64,000 nucleotides of DNA from Chloroflexota bacterium (GCA_965198285.1 OZ240251.1:3445752-3509751); one strand, 5' to 3'. Numbered from the stretch's first letter, positions 8,504 to 18,432 are shown. Translations and numbers: made by a program. Notes: generated by a model from the sequence alone, not told the origin.

Positions 8504-10972
8504 TCACGCCTTCATCTTCCTGCCTTGCGGATCGAAAAGAGGCTCCTGAGCCACCGTCGCCTTGAGGCGCTCACCAAAGTACAGCACGTCAACGCTTGTC
8601 CCCGGTTCAGTATGACTCATTGGCAGATAGCCATATGCGATGCCGCAACCGATCGAGTGGCCGTAGTCGGCGCTCGTCACATAGCCCAGCACGCGGTCGC
8701 CGTCCATGATTGGTTCCTTACCCATCACGACGGCGCCTGGGTCGTCCAGCGTCATGCAACACAGCCGACGCCTCAGCCCCCGAGCTCGAATGTCTCGCAG
8801 CGCGTCCCTGCCGATGAAATCGCCCTTCCGCATCCGCACCGCGAATGCGGTACCGGCCTCATATGGGTTGAACTCGGTATGGATGTCGTTGCCCCAGAGC
8901 CGATAGCCCTTCTCGAGCCGCAGCGAGTCGAAGGCGCCGCCGCCCGCCGCGATGACGCCAAGCGGCTGGCCCGCCTCCCACAGGATGTCCCACAGCCGCA
9001 GTCCCTGCTCGACGGGCGCATAAATCTCCCAGCCGAGCTCACCGACGTATGAAATGCGCAGCGCCAGCGTGGGGACTTCAGCTATCGCTATTGGCTTCGC
9101 GGTCATGTACGGGAATCCCGCGTCGGTCACGTCGTCCTCACAGACTCGGCTCAGCAGATCGCGCGCCCTCGGTCCCCACAGGCCGACGCAGCACTGCCCC
9201 GCCGAGATGTCGACAACCGTAGCCGAGCCGTCGTCGGGCAGGTGCGCCTGGATCCAACCGAGGTCGTGGAGGCCCATCGCTCCGCCTGTGACCACCATAA
9301 AGCGCCTCGCCCCTAGGCGTGTCACCGTCAGGTCGCACTTGATCCCGCCCCAGGGTGTGAGCATGGAAGTGTAGGTGATAGTCCCGACCGGCTTGTTCAT
9401 CTCATTGGTCGTTAGACGCTGGAGCGCAGCAAGCGAACCGGGGCCGGTCACTTCGAACGTGGCGAAGGGCGTCAGGTCGAACATGGCCACGCGTTCGCGT
9501 GTGGCCACGTGCTCGGCCGCCACCGTGGGCGACCACTCGCGCGCTTCCCAGCCGTCACGGGATTCGCCCGTAACTGCAAGCTGGTCAAGTAGCCCCTCAT
9601 TCGCCTCGTACCACTGCGGACGCTCCCAACCCGCGTTCTCGAAGAAGACGGCACCCAGTTCCCGCTGCCTCGAATAGAACGGCGACAGTCGCAGATTTCG
9701 AGGGTCGGCTATCTGTTGCCGCGGATGGATGATGTCGTACACCTCGCGATACTGCTGAGCAGCTCGCGCCCGAACGTACGGGCGGCTGTAGGCGTGCGCG
9801 TGGAAACGCCGTATGTCGCACTCGCGAAGATCGGTGGTCGGCTCGCCGTTCACGATCCACTCGGCAACGGCCCTGCCGACGCCGCCACCGTGGGTGATCC
9901 ATACGGCCTGCGCCGACCAGAATCCGCGGACCTGCGGCGACTCGCCGAGGACCGGAAATCCATCGGTGGTGAACGAGAAGATGCCGTTGAACTTGCGCGT
10001 CAACTCAACGCCGTTGAGGCAGGGCAGCACCTCACCTGCCGCCGCCATCGCCTTCTCAAAGTGATGCGGCGTGAACGGCATTTCAGACGGCGAGATCGGC
10101 GCAACGTCATGGTCGAGAAGATCATTGGCGTCAACCAGCAGCGGTTCGTGCTGGTATGACCCGATGCCATAGCAGTCGCCTTCCTGCCGGAAGTACATAG
10201 CCTCATCCTGGTGGCGCAAGAGTGGCCGCGTTATCTCTTCGGTCGCGCCGGCCAGTTCCGGGAGCGGCGTGGTAACGGCGTATAGGTGCTGCATCGGCGA
10301 CAGCGGAATGGGCACGCCGGCCAGCCCGCCAACCTTTGGCGCCCAGATTCCGGTGGCGGCCACCACCAGGTCCGTATCGATGTCGCCATGGGTCGTCCGC
10401 AGCCCCTTGATCCGTCCGCGGACGACATCGAAGCCGGTAACTTTGACGTTGCCGTAGAACCTCGCGCCGTCTCGCTCCGCCTCCCGCGCCATCGCCTCGG
10501 CCGGCCTGGTCGCCTTCGTATGGATGTCGGACGGGACGTGCAACGCGCCCAATATGCGGTCGGAGAGCATTGGAATCAGACCGCGCGCTTCGTTAGGACC
10601 GATCAGATGGGCCTCCACGCCCCAACTCAAGCCGTATCCGGCCTTGCGCTTCAGATCGACGAGCCGCTCCGGTGTCCAGGCCACCTCAAGGCTGCCCACG
10701 GCCTTGGCGCATGGATCACCGTCGAGTTTCAACTGGGTCCACAAGTCCACGCTATAGCGCGCGAAGCCCGTCATGGTCTTCGACGGATTGACCTGAAACA
10801 CGAGCCCAGGGGCGTGAGACGTCGAGCCGCCGGTCTCGAACAGCGGCCCTTGCTCGACAACCACGATGTCTCGCCAGCCGAGCTTCGTCAGGTGGTACGC
10901 CACGCTGCAGCCGACGATCCCCGCGCCAATAATGGCCACCCTGGCGTGCTTTGGAAACATGATTGCGGACAC
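8504..10972 (-). CDS. dimethylglycine/sarcosine dehydrogenase-like protein (FAD oxidoreductase fused to GcvT-type aminomethyltransferase)
   Basis: 822 aa. The N-terminus has an FAD Rossmann motif (VAIIGAGIVGCSVAYHL). The C-terminal ~350 aa is a GcvT aminomethyltransferase domain. This is the architecture of dimethylglycine dehydrogenase (DMGDH) and sarcosine dehydrogenase (SARDH). Confidence 0.75.
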   Translation of the reverse strand: MSAIMFPKHARVAIIGAGIVGCSVAYHLTKLGWRDIVVVEQGPLFETGGSTSHAPGLVFQVNPSKTMTGFARYSVDLWTQLKLDGDPCAKAVGSLEVAWTPERLVDLKRKAGYGLSWGVEAHLIGPNEARGLIPMLSDRILGALHVPSDIHTKATRPAEAMAREAERDGARFYGNVKVTGFDVVRGRIKGLRTTHGDIDTDLVVAATGIWAPKVGGLAGVPIPLSPMQHLYAVTTPLPELAGATEEITRPLLRHQDEAMYFRQEGDCYGIGSYQHEPLLVDANDLLDHDVAPISPSEMPFTPHHFEKAMAAAGEVLPCLNGVELTRKFNGIFSFTTDGFPVLGESPQVRGFWSAQAVWITHGGGVGRAVAEWIVNGEPTTDLRECDIRRFHAHAYSRPYVRARAAQQYREVYDIIHPRQQIADPRNLRLSPFYSRQRELGAVFFENAGWERPQWYEANEGLLDQLAVTGESRDGWEAREWSPTVAAEHVATRERVAMFDLTPFATFEVTGPGSLAALQRLTTNEMNKPVGTITYTSMLTPWGGIKCDLTVTRLGARRFMVVTGGAMGLHDLGWIQAHLPDDGSATVVDISAGQCCVGLWGPRARDLLSRVCEDDVTDAGFPYMTAKPIAIAEVPTLALRISYVGELGWEIYAPVEQGLRLWDILWEAGQPLGVIAAGGGAFDSLRLEKGYRLWGNDIHTEFNPYEAGTAFAVRMRKGDFIGRDALRDIRARGLRRRLCCMTLDDPGAVVMGKEPIMDGDRVLGYVTSADYGHSIGCGIAYGYLPMSHTEPGTSVDVLYFGERLKATVAQEPLFDPQGRKMKA

Positions 10973-11323
10973 GTCTCCCGCGTCAGGTCATGCGTGACGA
11001 CAACCTAAGAAACCTATCATAGGCATATCAGCTATACAAGAGGCTGCATGCATAGGTTCGGAAAACAGAACTACAGTAGAAATGCAGGAAAAGTCAATGC
11101 TGATGTCTAAAGTTCAGGCAATGTTACTAACCAACCTAAAGAGCGATGCTGGTCTTCGATCCCAGCGGGCCAGTGTTGTACACCATAAGGCCAGTCTCAC
11201 ACCACATCACAACCTCAAGCCTAAGAATCCGTCGTGCGGCGTCCGACCACTCATCCCAACATCGCAGGCGTCCCTCAGCAACCCGGTGCGGCAGCTGCGC
11301 TTCGCGTCTAGAATCACGCTGCG

Positions 11324-11794
11324 ATGAACGAATCGATAATCTTGGGATTCGCCGCCTCAGCCGCTGCGGCCGCCTTGGCCGCGGCGGCCAGCGTATGGAT
11401 CGGCCGCCAGATGGGACGCCAGCGCACCAGCGAGGACGACTCAGCCGGGCGCATGGCCCGCGACCTGATGGTGGTCAGCGACCTGCTGGCCGACCGGCTG
11501 GCCAAGATCTGGCAGGCGGGAGACGGCCCGACCTCAGGCATGGGTGACAGCGACGCGGTCTACCACCACGTACGCGAATCCACCGAGACGATCCTTCGCC
11601 AGGCCGGCGCGTCGGCCAAGACCGCCCTGGCCGTCGGCGCGCTGACGGCCAAGCACGTTCGGCCTGGACCCATCGCAGGTGCCGACGGCGAACAACCGCG
11701 GCCCGGACCCGCGCGCTGGGCCGGCGACAGTCCCTCTGCGCGGCCCAATACCGCCCAGCGCGCCGGAGAGACCGAACCTCCGTCTAGTCGGTGA
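11324..11794 (+). CDS. small membrane protein (full-length paralog of 6756..6938)
   Basis: MNESIILGFAASAAAAALAAAASVWIGRQMGRQRTSEDDSAGRMARDLMVVSDLLADRLAKIWQ... It has an N-terminal TM helix and then an amphipathic segment. The true C-terminus is uncertain, because the tail is low-complexity and the ORF overlaps the next gene. Confidence 0.35.
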   Translation: MNESIILGFAASAAAAALAAAASVWIGRQMGRQRTSEDDSAGRMARDLMVVSDLLADRLAKIWQAGDGPTSGMGDSDAVYHHVRESTETILRQAGASAKTALAVGALTAKHVRPGPIAGADGEQPRPGPARWAGDSPSARPNTAQRAGETEPPSSR

Positions 11795-12920
11795 TGGCGA
11801 TTTCGTATTGAGCGATGGCGTCTTCGTTCACGCCAACGCCCAGGCCGGGACGCGTGGGAACGGGCAGATAGCCGTCGGCGTCGATACGCAGCGGCTCGTC
11901 CACGATTCCGCCCAGTTGCTGGTAGTGCTCAACGGTGCGATACGGCTCGTCCAGGATGAACTCCATGTACGGGCAGTTGGGAATGCAAACGCTCAACTGC
12001 ATGTGCGCCGCGATACCCAATCCCGTCACACCGTGATGCGGCACGAACAGCCGTCCGGCGAACTCGGCCGCCGCGGCAATCTTGCCGAATTGCGACAGCG
12101 CCTCGCAGTTGGCGCAGGTATCGGGCTGCAGGATGTCGTAAGCGCCCACCCGGATCATCTCCATGAATTCGGGCATTCCCACGTTGCCCTCGCCGCCGGC
12201 GATCGCGATGTCGGTTTCGGCCGTTAGTCGCGCGATGGCTTCGAAGTCGTGCCGCGGAAGCGGCTCCTCCAGCCAGTACACCCCCAGCTGTTCCAGCTCG
12301 CGCGCCTCCGCCAGGGCCCGCCCGTAGTCCCAGGCCGGGCGGTGGTCGCCGGACGAGCCGCCGGCCAGGTTCGCGTCCACCATGATCACCATGCGGTCGC
12401 CCACCGCGTCGCGCACCGCCGCCACCAGAGCCACGTCCTCCGCCAGCGTCGGAAACGCCGTGCGCAGCTTGATCGCCGTGAAGCCCTGCTCCAGGTAGCG
12501 CAGCGCATCCTCGGCCCGCTGCTCCGGCGTGGCCGCCACGATGGTGCTGGCATAGGCGCGCACCCGTGTCTCGCGGTAGCCCCACAGGCGGTGTAACGGC
12601 TGGCCGGCCGCCTTTCCGATGATGTCGCAGAGCGCCATGTCCACCAGGAACGACCCGGCCCGCCGCAGTACCTCGGCGTGTCGCCCCAGCGCATGCGGGT
12701 CCTGGCCGATCAGGCCCGGAGCCACCACATCGCGGATCGTAGCGCCGCTTCGCTGGTCACCAATACCCCAGCCGGTCAGCCCCTCGTCCGTCTCCACCTT
12801 CACGATCAACGCCGCGCGCGAATACTCCTTCTGGCCCGGTCGTCCCCAGGCATGGAAATACGGATGCGGATGCGGGACATCCACCAGGCGGACCGTGATA
12901 TCAGTGATCTTCATGGCCAT
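11784..12920 (-). CDS. enolase-superfamily enzyme (mandelate racemase / muconate lactonizing enzyme family)
   Basis: 378 aa. It has the TIM-barrel metal ligand pattern (…MVDAN…, LEEPL, …ILQPD…) and the N-terminal capping domain typical of the mandelate racemase / muconate lactonizing enzyme family. Confidence 0.7.
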   Translation of the reverse strand: MAMKITDITVRLVDVPHPHPYFHAWGRPGQKEYSRAALIVKVETDEGLTGWGIGDQRSGATIRDVVAPGLIGQDPHALGRHAEVLRRAGSFLVDMALCDIIGKAAGQPLHRLWGYRETRVRAYASTIVAATPEQRAEDALRYLEQGFTAIKLRTAFPTLAEDVALVAAVRDAVGDRMVIMVDANLAGGSSGDHRPAWDYGRALAEARELEQLGVYWLEEPLPRHDFEAIARLTAETDIAIAGGEGNVGMPEFMEMIRVGAYDILQPDTCANCEALSQFGKIAAAAEFAGRLFVPHHGVTGLGIAAHMQLSVCIPNCPYMEFILDEPYRTVEHYQQLGGIVDEPLRIDADGYLPVPTRPGLGVGVNEDAIAQYEIAITD

Positions 12921-12972
12921 GCCTTTACGACGGCCGGCGATCGCGATGTCTTAGGCGTTCGCCGGGAAATAC

Positions 12973-13740
12973 CTATTGCCGTAAGTGTTTCAGCGCCTCG
13001 AACTCCGCCATGCCGCCCATCGAGATATACCCCTTTTCGCTGCCCGCGCTGATGAACGTGCAGCCGGCCGCGACCCACTTCTCGACCTGCTCGACGTTGC
13101 CGGCGGCAATGCCCGGCGCCTTGCCGTGCTTCTGGCAGGCTTCGATCATGCGCATGACGGCTTCGTCGTGTTCGGCCGAGTCGCGGGCGAAGCCAATCGA
13201 GTTCGCCAGGTCGGCGGGACCCAGCCAGCAGCCGTCGATGCCGTCCACGGCCATGATGTCGTCGGCGTTCTCGATGGCTTCCTTCGATTCCAGCTGGATC
13301 GCCACAAAGGCTTGGTCGTTGAAACTGTCGATGTAGTCTGGACCGTAGACGCTGGCGCCGCCCGCGCCGTTGGAACGCCCACCGGCCGGCGGGAACCGTG
13401 AGGCAAAGGCCGCCGCCTCGGCCTGCTCAACCGTGTCCACCATCGGCACGATGATGCCCAGCGCGCCTTCGTCCAGCAGCCGCCCGATCTCGTCGTATCG
13501 GTTGACCAGGGCGCGCGCAATGGGAATCGAGCCGCCCGCGCGAACCGCCATGAACGCCAGCATGGACGAGTAGCGGTCCCAAGTGCCGTGCTGGTTATCG
13601 ATCAGCACCCAGTCGAACCCCATGCTCGCCAGCATCTCGGCCGGAAACGGGACGCCCAGGCCGCAGCCGACCCCAAGGGCAACCTTGCCCTGGTCCATTC
13701 GTTGCTTTGCCGTATTCGTAATCACGAGTTCCTGCTCCAT
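12973..13740 (-). CDS. HpcH/HpaI-family aldolase
   Basis: ORF 12973..13797. The block GKVALGVGCGLGVPFPAEMLASMGFDWVLIDNQHG matches the 2-keto-3-deoxy-acid aldolase (HpcH/HpaI) N-terminus. The start is probably the internal MEQELV. Confidence 0.6.
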   Translation of the reverse strand: MEQELVITNTAKQRMDQGKVALGVGCGLGVPFPAEMLASMGFDWVLIDNQHGTWDRYSSMLAFMAVRAGGSIPIARALVNRYDEIGRLLDEGALGIIVPMVDTVEQAEAAAFASRFPPAGGRSNGAGGASVYGPDYIDSFNDQAFVAIQLESKEAIENADDIMAVDGIDGCWLGPADLANSIGFARDSAEHDEAVMRMIEACQKHGKAPGIAAGNVEQVEKWVAAGCTFISAGSEKGYISMGGMAEFEALKHLRQ

Positions 13741-13853
13741 TCGCCGCCAAGGCTCAGTGCCGGATATGACGCTAGGCGGCAGCCGCGGCTTCGTCAATTG
13801 CCACGGCCCACATATCCGCGGACGACCGCCACGGCCACCTGTCTATCGGGAAT

Positions 13854-14519
13854 TCAGCCCCGCTTGACGCCGATCCCGACTCCGTCGCCCACCTGCACGA
13901 TCGTCGAATCAAGCTGAGGGTGATCCAGGAACGCCCGATTGAACTCCCGGATGATCGGCGTCCACTGACGCGGACGGTTCGGGTCGTCGGTCTCCATGGC
14001 CGCCTGGCCGCCCCACAGGAGATTGTCGACACAAACGACCCCGCCTGGACGCAGCCGCTCGATAACCGCCTCCAGGTACGCGGGGTAGTCGTCCTTATTC
14101 GCGTCGATGTACGCAAAGTCGAACGGTCCGGGAACGTCTGCCAGCAAGTCCAGCGCCGGGCCGCAGCGCAACTCAACTCGCTCGGCCACCCGTTCGTGCA
14201 TCAGGTGCTCGCGGGCGCGCTGAAGGATCTCGCCATCGATGTCCAGGCAGATCAAGCGGCCGTCGCGCGGCAGCGCGCCGGCGATCCAGGTCGCCGAATA
14301 CCCGAGATTGGTACCGATCTCCAGGGCCGTGCGGGCGCCGCAGGCGCGCACCAGCGTCGCAATCAGCCGCGCCGACTCGCGTTCCGTAATCGGTTCGCGG
14401 TCCTTTTCGGCCTCTCGTTCGATTCGAGCCTGCGCCCCGCTGATCGCGGGATGCACGTCGCGCAAATATGCCCAGTCACGGGCTGGTCGGTCAGGATCCT
14501 GGCGTCGGCGTGCAGACAT
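13854..14519 (-). CDS. class I SAM-dependent O-methyltransferase (family 3, caffeoyl-CoA OMT-like)
   Basis: ORF 13854..14696, with the real start likely MSARRRQD at 14519. It carries LEIGTNLGYSATWIA (motif I) and DFAYIDANKDDY…GGVVCVDNLLWGG. It abuts the downstream aldehyde dehydrogenase stop. Confidence 0.65.
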   Translation of the reverse strand: MSARRRQDPDRPARDWAYLRDVHPAISGAQARIEREAEKDREPITERESARLIATLVRACGARTALEIGTNLGYSATWIAGALPRDGRLICLDIDGEILQRAREHLMHERVAERVELRCGPALDLLADVPGPFDFAYIDANKDDYPAYLEAVIERLRPGGVVCVDNLLWGGQAAMETDDPNRPRQWTPIIREFNRAFLDHPQLDSTIVQVGDGVGIGVKRG

Positions 14520-14526
14520 TTCTGGC

Positions 14527-16017
14527 TCAGTCCCAGGGGTCGCGGCCGTCGGACGACCTCGGCCAGCGCGAGACGACGACTTTCGGATCGGTAAAGAACC
14601 GCACGGCGTCGCCGGCCTGTCCGTGCAGATCCCCAAAGAACGACGCCTTGCGCCCCGCAAACGGGAAAAACGCCATCGGGGCGGCGACCCCGACATTCAC
14701 GCCCACGTTCCCAATGTTGACGCCCGAAACGAACTCTCTCGCGGCGGGTCCGCTGCTCGTGTAGATCGAGGCGGCGTTTCCAAACGGGCTGGCCTCAATC
14801 ATGTTCATCGCCTCCCGCAGCGTTCCGACCCGCTGCAGGCTGACCACTGGACCAAACACCTCTTCCTGCGAGATCCGCATCTCCGGCGTCACCTCGTCAA
14901 CCACCGTCGGGCCGACCCAGTAGCCATTGGGCAAACCCTCGGCGGTTGCGCCGCGGCCGTCAGCCACCATCCGCGCGCCTGCTGAAGCTGCATCGTCGAG
15001 CGTAGCCAGAATTCGATCGCGAGAGTCCTGCGAAATGACCGGACCCATTCCGACGTCCGGGTCCAGCCCGTCGCCCAGGCGCAAGGCCTGCGCGGCGGCC
15101 GTCAGCCGGTCGCTGAATTCTGAGTACACGTCGTTCGCCGCCACCACCACGGATCCCGCGAGGCAGCGCTGGCCGGCGCAGCCAAACGTGGAGCCCATCA
15201 GGTTCGGAATCGCAGCGTCCAGGTTGGCATCCGGCAGCACCACCAGGTGGTTCTTGGCCCCACCCTGCGCCTGCACCCGCTTGCCATGCTGCGCGGCCAG
15301 TTCGTAGATGCGCCGCGCAACCCGCGTCGTTCCGACAAATGAGACCCCTTGCACTCGCGGATCGGCGATTAGCGCCTCGGCCGTCTCCGCCCCACCGTGC
15401 ACCAGGTTGATGACGCCGGCCGGGAAACCGGCCTCGGCAATCAGGTCCATCATCCGCGCCTGGCTCAGCGGGGTCTGCGGCGACGGCTTGATGACGTAGG
15501 TGTTCCCGGTGGCTAGCGCGTAGGGCGCGAACCAGAACGGAACCATCGACGGGAAGTTGAAGGGCCCGATCTGGACGAACACGCCCATCGGTTCACGGAT
15601 CGACGTCTCATCGATGCCCGCGGCGATGTCGGCCGAGAAGTCGCCCATTTGCAGCGTCGGAATCCCGGCCGCGACCTCGATGTTCTCCAGGGTCCGGATC
15701 AGTTCGCCGCGCGCCTCTTCCAGCGTCTTGCCGTTCTCAATGGTGATGATGCGCGACAGGTCCTCGAACTGCTCCTCGACGAGGTGATGCAGCCGGAACA
15801 GCAATCGCCCGCGCTCTACCGCCGGCGTGGCCCGCCAACTGTCGAACGCATCATGGGCGGCCTGTACCGCGTCGGCCACGTCCTCGTCCGAAGCCATCGG
15901 CGCCTCGGCGACCACGCCACCCGACGCCGGGTTCGTGACTTCCGCGGCGTCGGTACCGCGCGCCGCCGTCCATTCCCCCGCGATCCAGTTCTGGAGCGTC
16001 TCCACTTCCGCGGCCAT
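14527..16017 (-). CDS. CoA-acylating methylmalonate-semialdehyde dehydrogenase-like aldehyde dehydrogenase
   Basis: ORF 14527..16425, but the ALDH homology begins at MAAEVETLQNWIAGEW (start 16017). The NAD site FVGTTRVARRIYE and the catalytic Cys region FGCAGQRCLAG are present, and the 496-aa length fits MmsA. The upstream 136 codons of the ORF are antisense filler. Confidence 0.75.
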   Translation of the reverse strand: MAAEVETLQNWIAGEWTAARGTDAAEVTNPASGGVVAEAPMASDEDVADAVQAAHDAFDSWRATPAVERGRLLFRLHHLVEEQFEDLSRIITIENGKTLEEARGELIRTLENIEVAAGIPTLQMGDFSADIAAGIDETSIREPMGVFVQIGPFNFPSMVPFWFAPYALATGNTYVIKPSPQTPLSQARMMDLIAEAGFPAGVINLVHGGAETAEALIADPRVQGVSFVGTTRVARRIYELAAQHGKRVQAQGGAKNHLVVLPDANLDAAIPNLMGSTFGCAGQRCLAGSVVVAANDVYSEFSDRLTAAAQALRLGDGLDPDVGMGPVISQDSRDRILATLDDAASAGARMVADGRGATAEGLPNGYWVGPTVVDEVTPEMRISQEEVFGPVVSLQRVGTLREAMNMIEASPFGNAASIYTSSGPAAREFVSGVNIGNVGVNVGVAAPMAFFPFAGRKASFFGDLHGQAGDAVRFFTDPKVVVSRWPRSSDGRDPWD

Positions 16018-16108
16018 GGCGCGATCCTCCCTGCCTGAAGCCTCAAGCGACGATACGACACCAGCCCACCATGCGTAGACTGTCGCGCTTCCCCGACGGC
16101 AGAACCCC

Positions 16109-17254
16109 ATGGTCGCACTCGCGCTTTCCACCCGCGATCCGGCAACGGCGATTGGCCAGCCGGTCGACGTTTTGGACACGCCGGCATTGGTCCTGGACCT
16201 CAGAGTCGTAGAGGCCAACATCGCCCGCACGGTCGAGATCGCCCAGGCCGCCGGCGCCCGGCTGCGGCCGCACATCAAGACCCACCGAATGCTCGCGGTG
16301 GCCCAACGCCAGATCGAGGCTGGCGCACAGGGCATCTGTTGCGCCAAGACCGGTGAGGCCGAGGTCTTCGCCGACGGCGGTGTCGATGACATCTTCATCG
16401 CCAACCAGGTCGTCGGCGCGGCCAAGATGCGGCGGCTACGAGCGCTCGCCGAGCGCGTCCGGCTCGCCGTGGGCGTCGATCACCCTGAGCAGATCGACTT
16501 GCTCAGCCAGGCATTTCGCGGGGCTGATCCCCTCGACATCAGCATCGAGATCGATGTAGGCCAGCGCCGTACCGGGGTGGTGGAAGACCATGAGGCCGTC
16601 GACCTGGCCCAGCGGATCCTGGATTCGCCGGGGCTCGCCTTGCGGGGCGTCTACACCCACGAAGGCCACGATTACGCGGCGCGGGATGATTCGGACCTGG
16701 CCGTGATCGCGGACCAGGCTCAACGCCAGATGCTGGATGCGGCGCAGGCCATCCGAGACGCCACAGGGGCAGCCTGCGAGGTGAGCATGGGATCGACGCC
16801 GTCGCTGTTCGCACGCAAGTTCCATGCGGGCATCGATGAACTGCGGCCGGGTACCGCCGTCTTCAACGACGGCTCGCACGCCAACTTCCTGGGCCACACC
16901 GACTGGTGTGCGGCCACCGTGCTGGCCACCGTGGTCAACCGGCCCGCGCCCGACCGGGTGGTGGTGGACGCCGGCGCCAAGGCTCTGACCTCCGATCGTC
17001 GTGGGCCCAGCATTCTGGAAAACAGCGGCTTCGGGATGGTCGTGGGCCGCCCCGAGGCCACCATCGTGAGTCTGTCCGACGAGCACGGCGTGCTTTCGGT
17101 GCCGGACGCCGATGCCTATGCCATCGGCGAGGTAATTCAGATCATCCCCAACCACATCTGCCCCTGCGTGAATCTGTACGACCATGCCTTCGTTGCGCGT
17201 GACGGAATCGTGCGGGAAGTGTGGGAAGTCTCGGCACGCGGGCAGAGTCAGTAG
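16109..17254 (+). CDS. alanine-racemase-fold PLP enzyme (DSD1 / D-serine or D-threo-3-hydroxyaspartate dehydratase-like)
   Basis: 381 aa. The PLP lysine context LRPHIKTHRM and the C-terminal beta-domain are present. It is divergent from the aldehyde dehydrogenase. Confidence 0.6.
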   Translation: MVALALSTRDPATAIGQPVDVLDTPALVLDLRVVEANIARTVEIAQAAGARLRPHIKTHRMLAVAQRQIEAGAQGICCAKTGEAEVFADGGVDDIFIANQVVGAAKMRRLRALAERVRLAVGVDHPEQIDLLSQAFRGADPLDISIEIDVGQRRTGVVEDHEAVDLAQRILDSPGLALRGVYTHEGHDYAARDDSDLAVIADQAQRQMLDAAQAIRDATGAACEVSMGSTPSLFARKFHAGIDELRPGTAVFNDGSHANFLGHTDWCAATVLATVVNRPAPDRVVVDAGAKALTSDRRGPSILENSGFGMVVGRPEATIVSLSDEHGVLSVPDADAYAIGEVIQIIPNHICPCVNLYDHAFVARDGIVREVWEVSARGQSQ

Positions 17255-17288
17255 CCAACGCCACTCGCCCGAAGGGAACTCGAGAGTC

Positions 17289-18056
17289 ATGGGAGCTCTT
17301 GACGGTCAAGCCGCCTTGGTCACCGGCGGCGGCAGCGGGATCGGCCGGGCGGCCGCCTTGGCGCTGGCGGGCGATGGCGCCGCGGTAGCCCTGGTCGGGC
17401 GGCGGCTCGCGCTCCTGGAAGAATCCGCCGGGATGATCAAGACGGCCAGAGGCCGCGTCCTGGTTCTGCCGGCCGACGTCGCCGATGCCGACGCGGTCCG
17501 TGAGGCCGTAGCCCAGACCGAAGCCGATTTCGGCCGTCTCGACATCCTGGTCAACAACGCCGGCGCTAACACCGCGTCGCGCAGCGTGGGCACAACCAGC
17601 GCCGACGACATCGAAACGCTGATGCGGATAAACGTGACCGGGCCCCTCACCCTGTCCCAGGCCGCGTTGCCGGGAATGCTGGAACGCGGCGGTGGGGTGA
17701 TCATCACGGTGGCGTCGTACTCGGTCGTAAGCCCCGGGCCGCCTGGCGGAACGGCCTACAGCGCCTCCAAGGCGGCCGTGGTGAGCCTGATGAAATGCGT
17801 GAACGCCGAGTACCGCAACCGCGGTATCCGGGCTTGCATCATCTACCCCGGCGAGGTGAACACCGAGATGCTGGATGCCCGCCCGCTCGTACCCGACGCC
17901 ACCGCCCGCGCAACCATGAGCCACGCCGACGACCTGGCCCAGATCATCCTGCTCTGCGCCCGCATGCCGGCGCGAACGCTGGTTGAAGAGATCTACGTCC
18001 GCCCGACCCACCTGCGCAACATGCAAGCCGACATCGCAGCCGCGATGGAGTTTTAG
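17289..18056 (+). CDS. short-chain dehydrogenase/reductase (SDR), paralog 1
   Basis: ORF 17184..18056 with start MGALDGQAALVTGGGSGIGRAAA (TGxxxGIG), NNAG, and YSASKAAV (YxxxK). It is about 60% identical to 26491..27258. Confidence 0.75.
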   Translation: MGALDGQAALVTGGGSGIGRAAALALAGDGAAVALVGRRLALLEESAGMIKTARGRVLVLPADVADADAVREAVAQTEADFGRLDILVNNAGANTASRSVGTTSADDIETLMRINVTGPLTLSQAALPGMLERGGGVIITVASYSVVSPGPPGGTAYSASKAAVVSLMKCVNAEYRNRGIRACIIYPGEVNTEMLDARPLVPDATARATMSHADDLAQIILLCARMPARTLVEEIYVRPTHLRNMQADIAAAMEF

Positions 18057-18217
18057 CCGACGTCCAAACCTCTCAGCCGCAGCTGGCGCGAAGCTCCGGT
18101 CGTGGGTGAGCTTGCGTCGCGGGCGGCGCGCCGCGGCAGCGTAACGGGCGGTTGGGGGGATTGGATGGGGCTGAGGGCGTGTGCCGGGCGGCGGGATTTG
18201 GGTGGGGGTGAAGGGGG

Positions 18218-18286
18218 AGCTATCTCTCGCCAGCCGGCCCCCAGAGGGGGCCGGCTGGCGAGAGATAGCTTGGGCCGGATTTTTTT
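18218..18286 (+). terminator. 25-bp perfect inverted repeat followed by T7 run (possible intrinsic terminator for the SDR gene, or a structural repeat)
   Basis: AGCTATCTCTCGCCAGCCGGCCCCC-AGA-GGGGGCCGGCTGGCGAGAGATAGCT then TGGGCCGGATTTTTTT. The stem is unusually long, and the T-run is 9 nt from the stem, so this is not canonical. Confidence 0.35.
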
Positions 18287-18369
18287 GGCGGGTTGGCGAC
18301 GAAGGTTGGGGCTGTGAGGGGGCGGCAGGGCGGCGCTGGAAGGGCTGGGTGCGCGGACGTGGCGAGGGG

Positions 18370-18432
18370 GTGGGGTGGGGGCGTCGCGAGCGGAAGAGGC
18401 CGGTTTCAAACCGGCCCCTACGAAAGATGGGG
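18370..18432. repeat. flank repeat block A (left copy); right copy at 26049..26113
   Basis: GTGGGGTGGGGGCGTCGCGAGCGGAAGAGGCCGGTTTCAAACCGGCCCCTACGAAAGATGGGG compared with GTGGGGGGTGTTGGGCTGCGACCGGAAGAGGCCGGTTTGAAACCGGCCCGTACGAAAGAGGGGG. Both contain a GGCCGGTTT-N-AAACCGGCC hairpin. Confidence 0.6.

Noticed and set aside
16018-16425. N-terminal 136 codons of ORF 14527..16425
   Set aside because: Aldehyde dehydrogenase homology starts at Met 16017. The upstream part overlaps the divergent promoter and reads as filler, so it was trimmed.
18218-18286. Treating the 25-bp inverted repeat as a canonical intrinsic terminator
   Set aside because: The stem is far longer than typical and the T-run is 9 nt away. 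I kept it as a low-confidence terminator or structural element.
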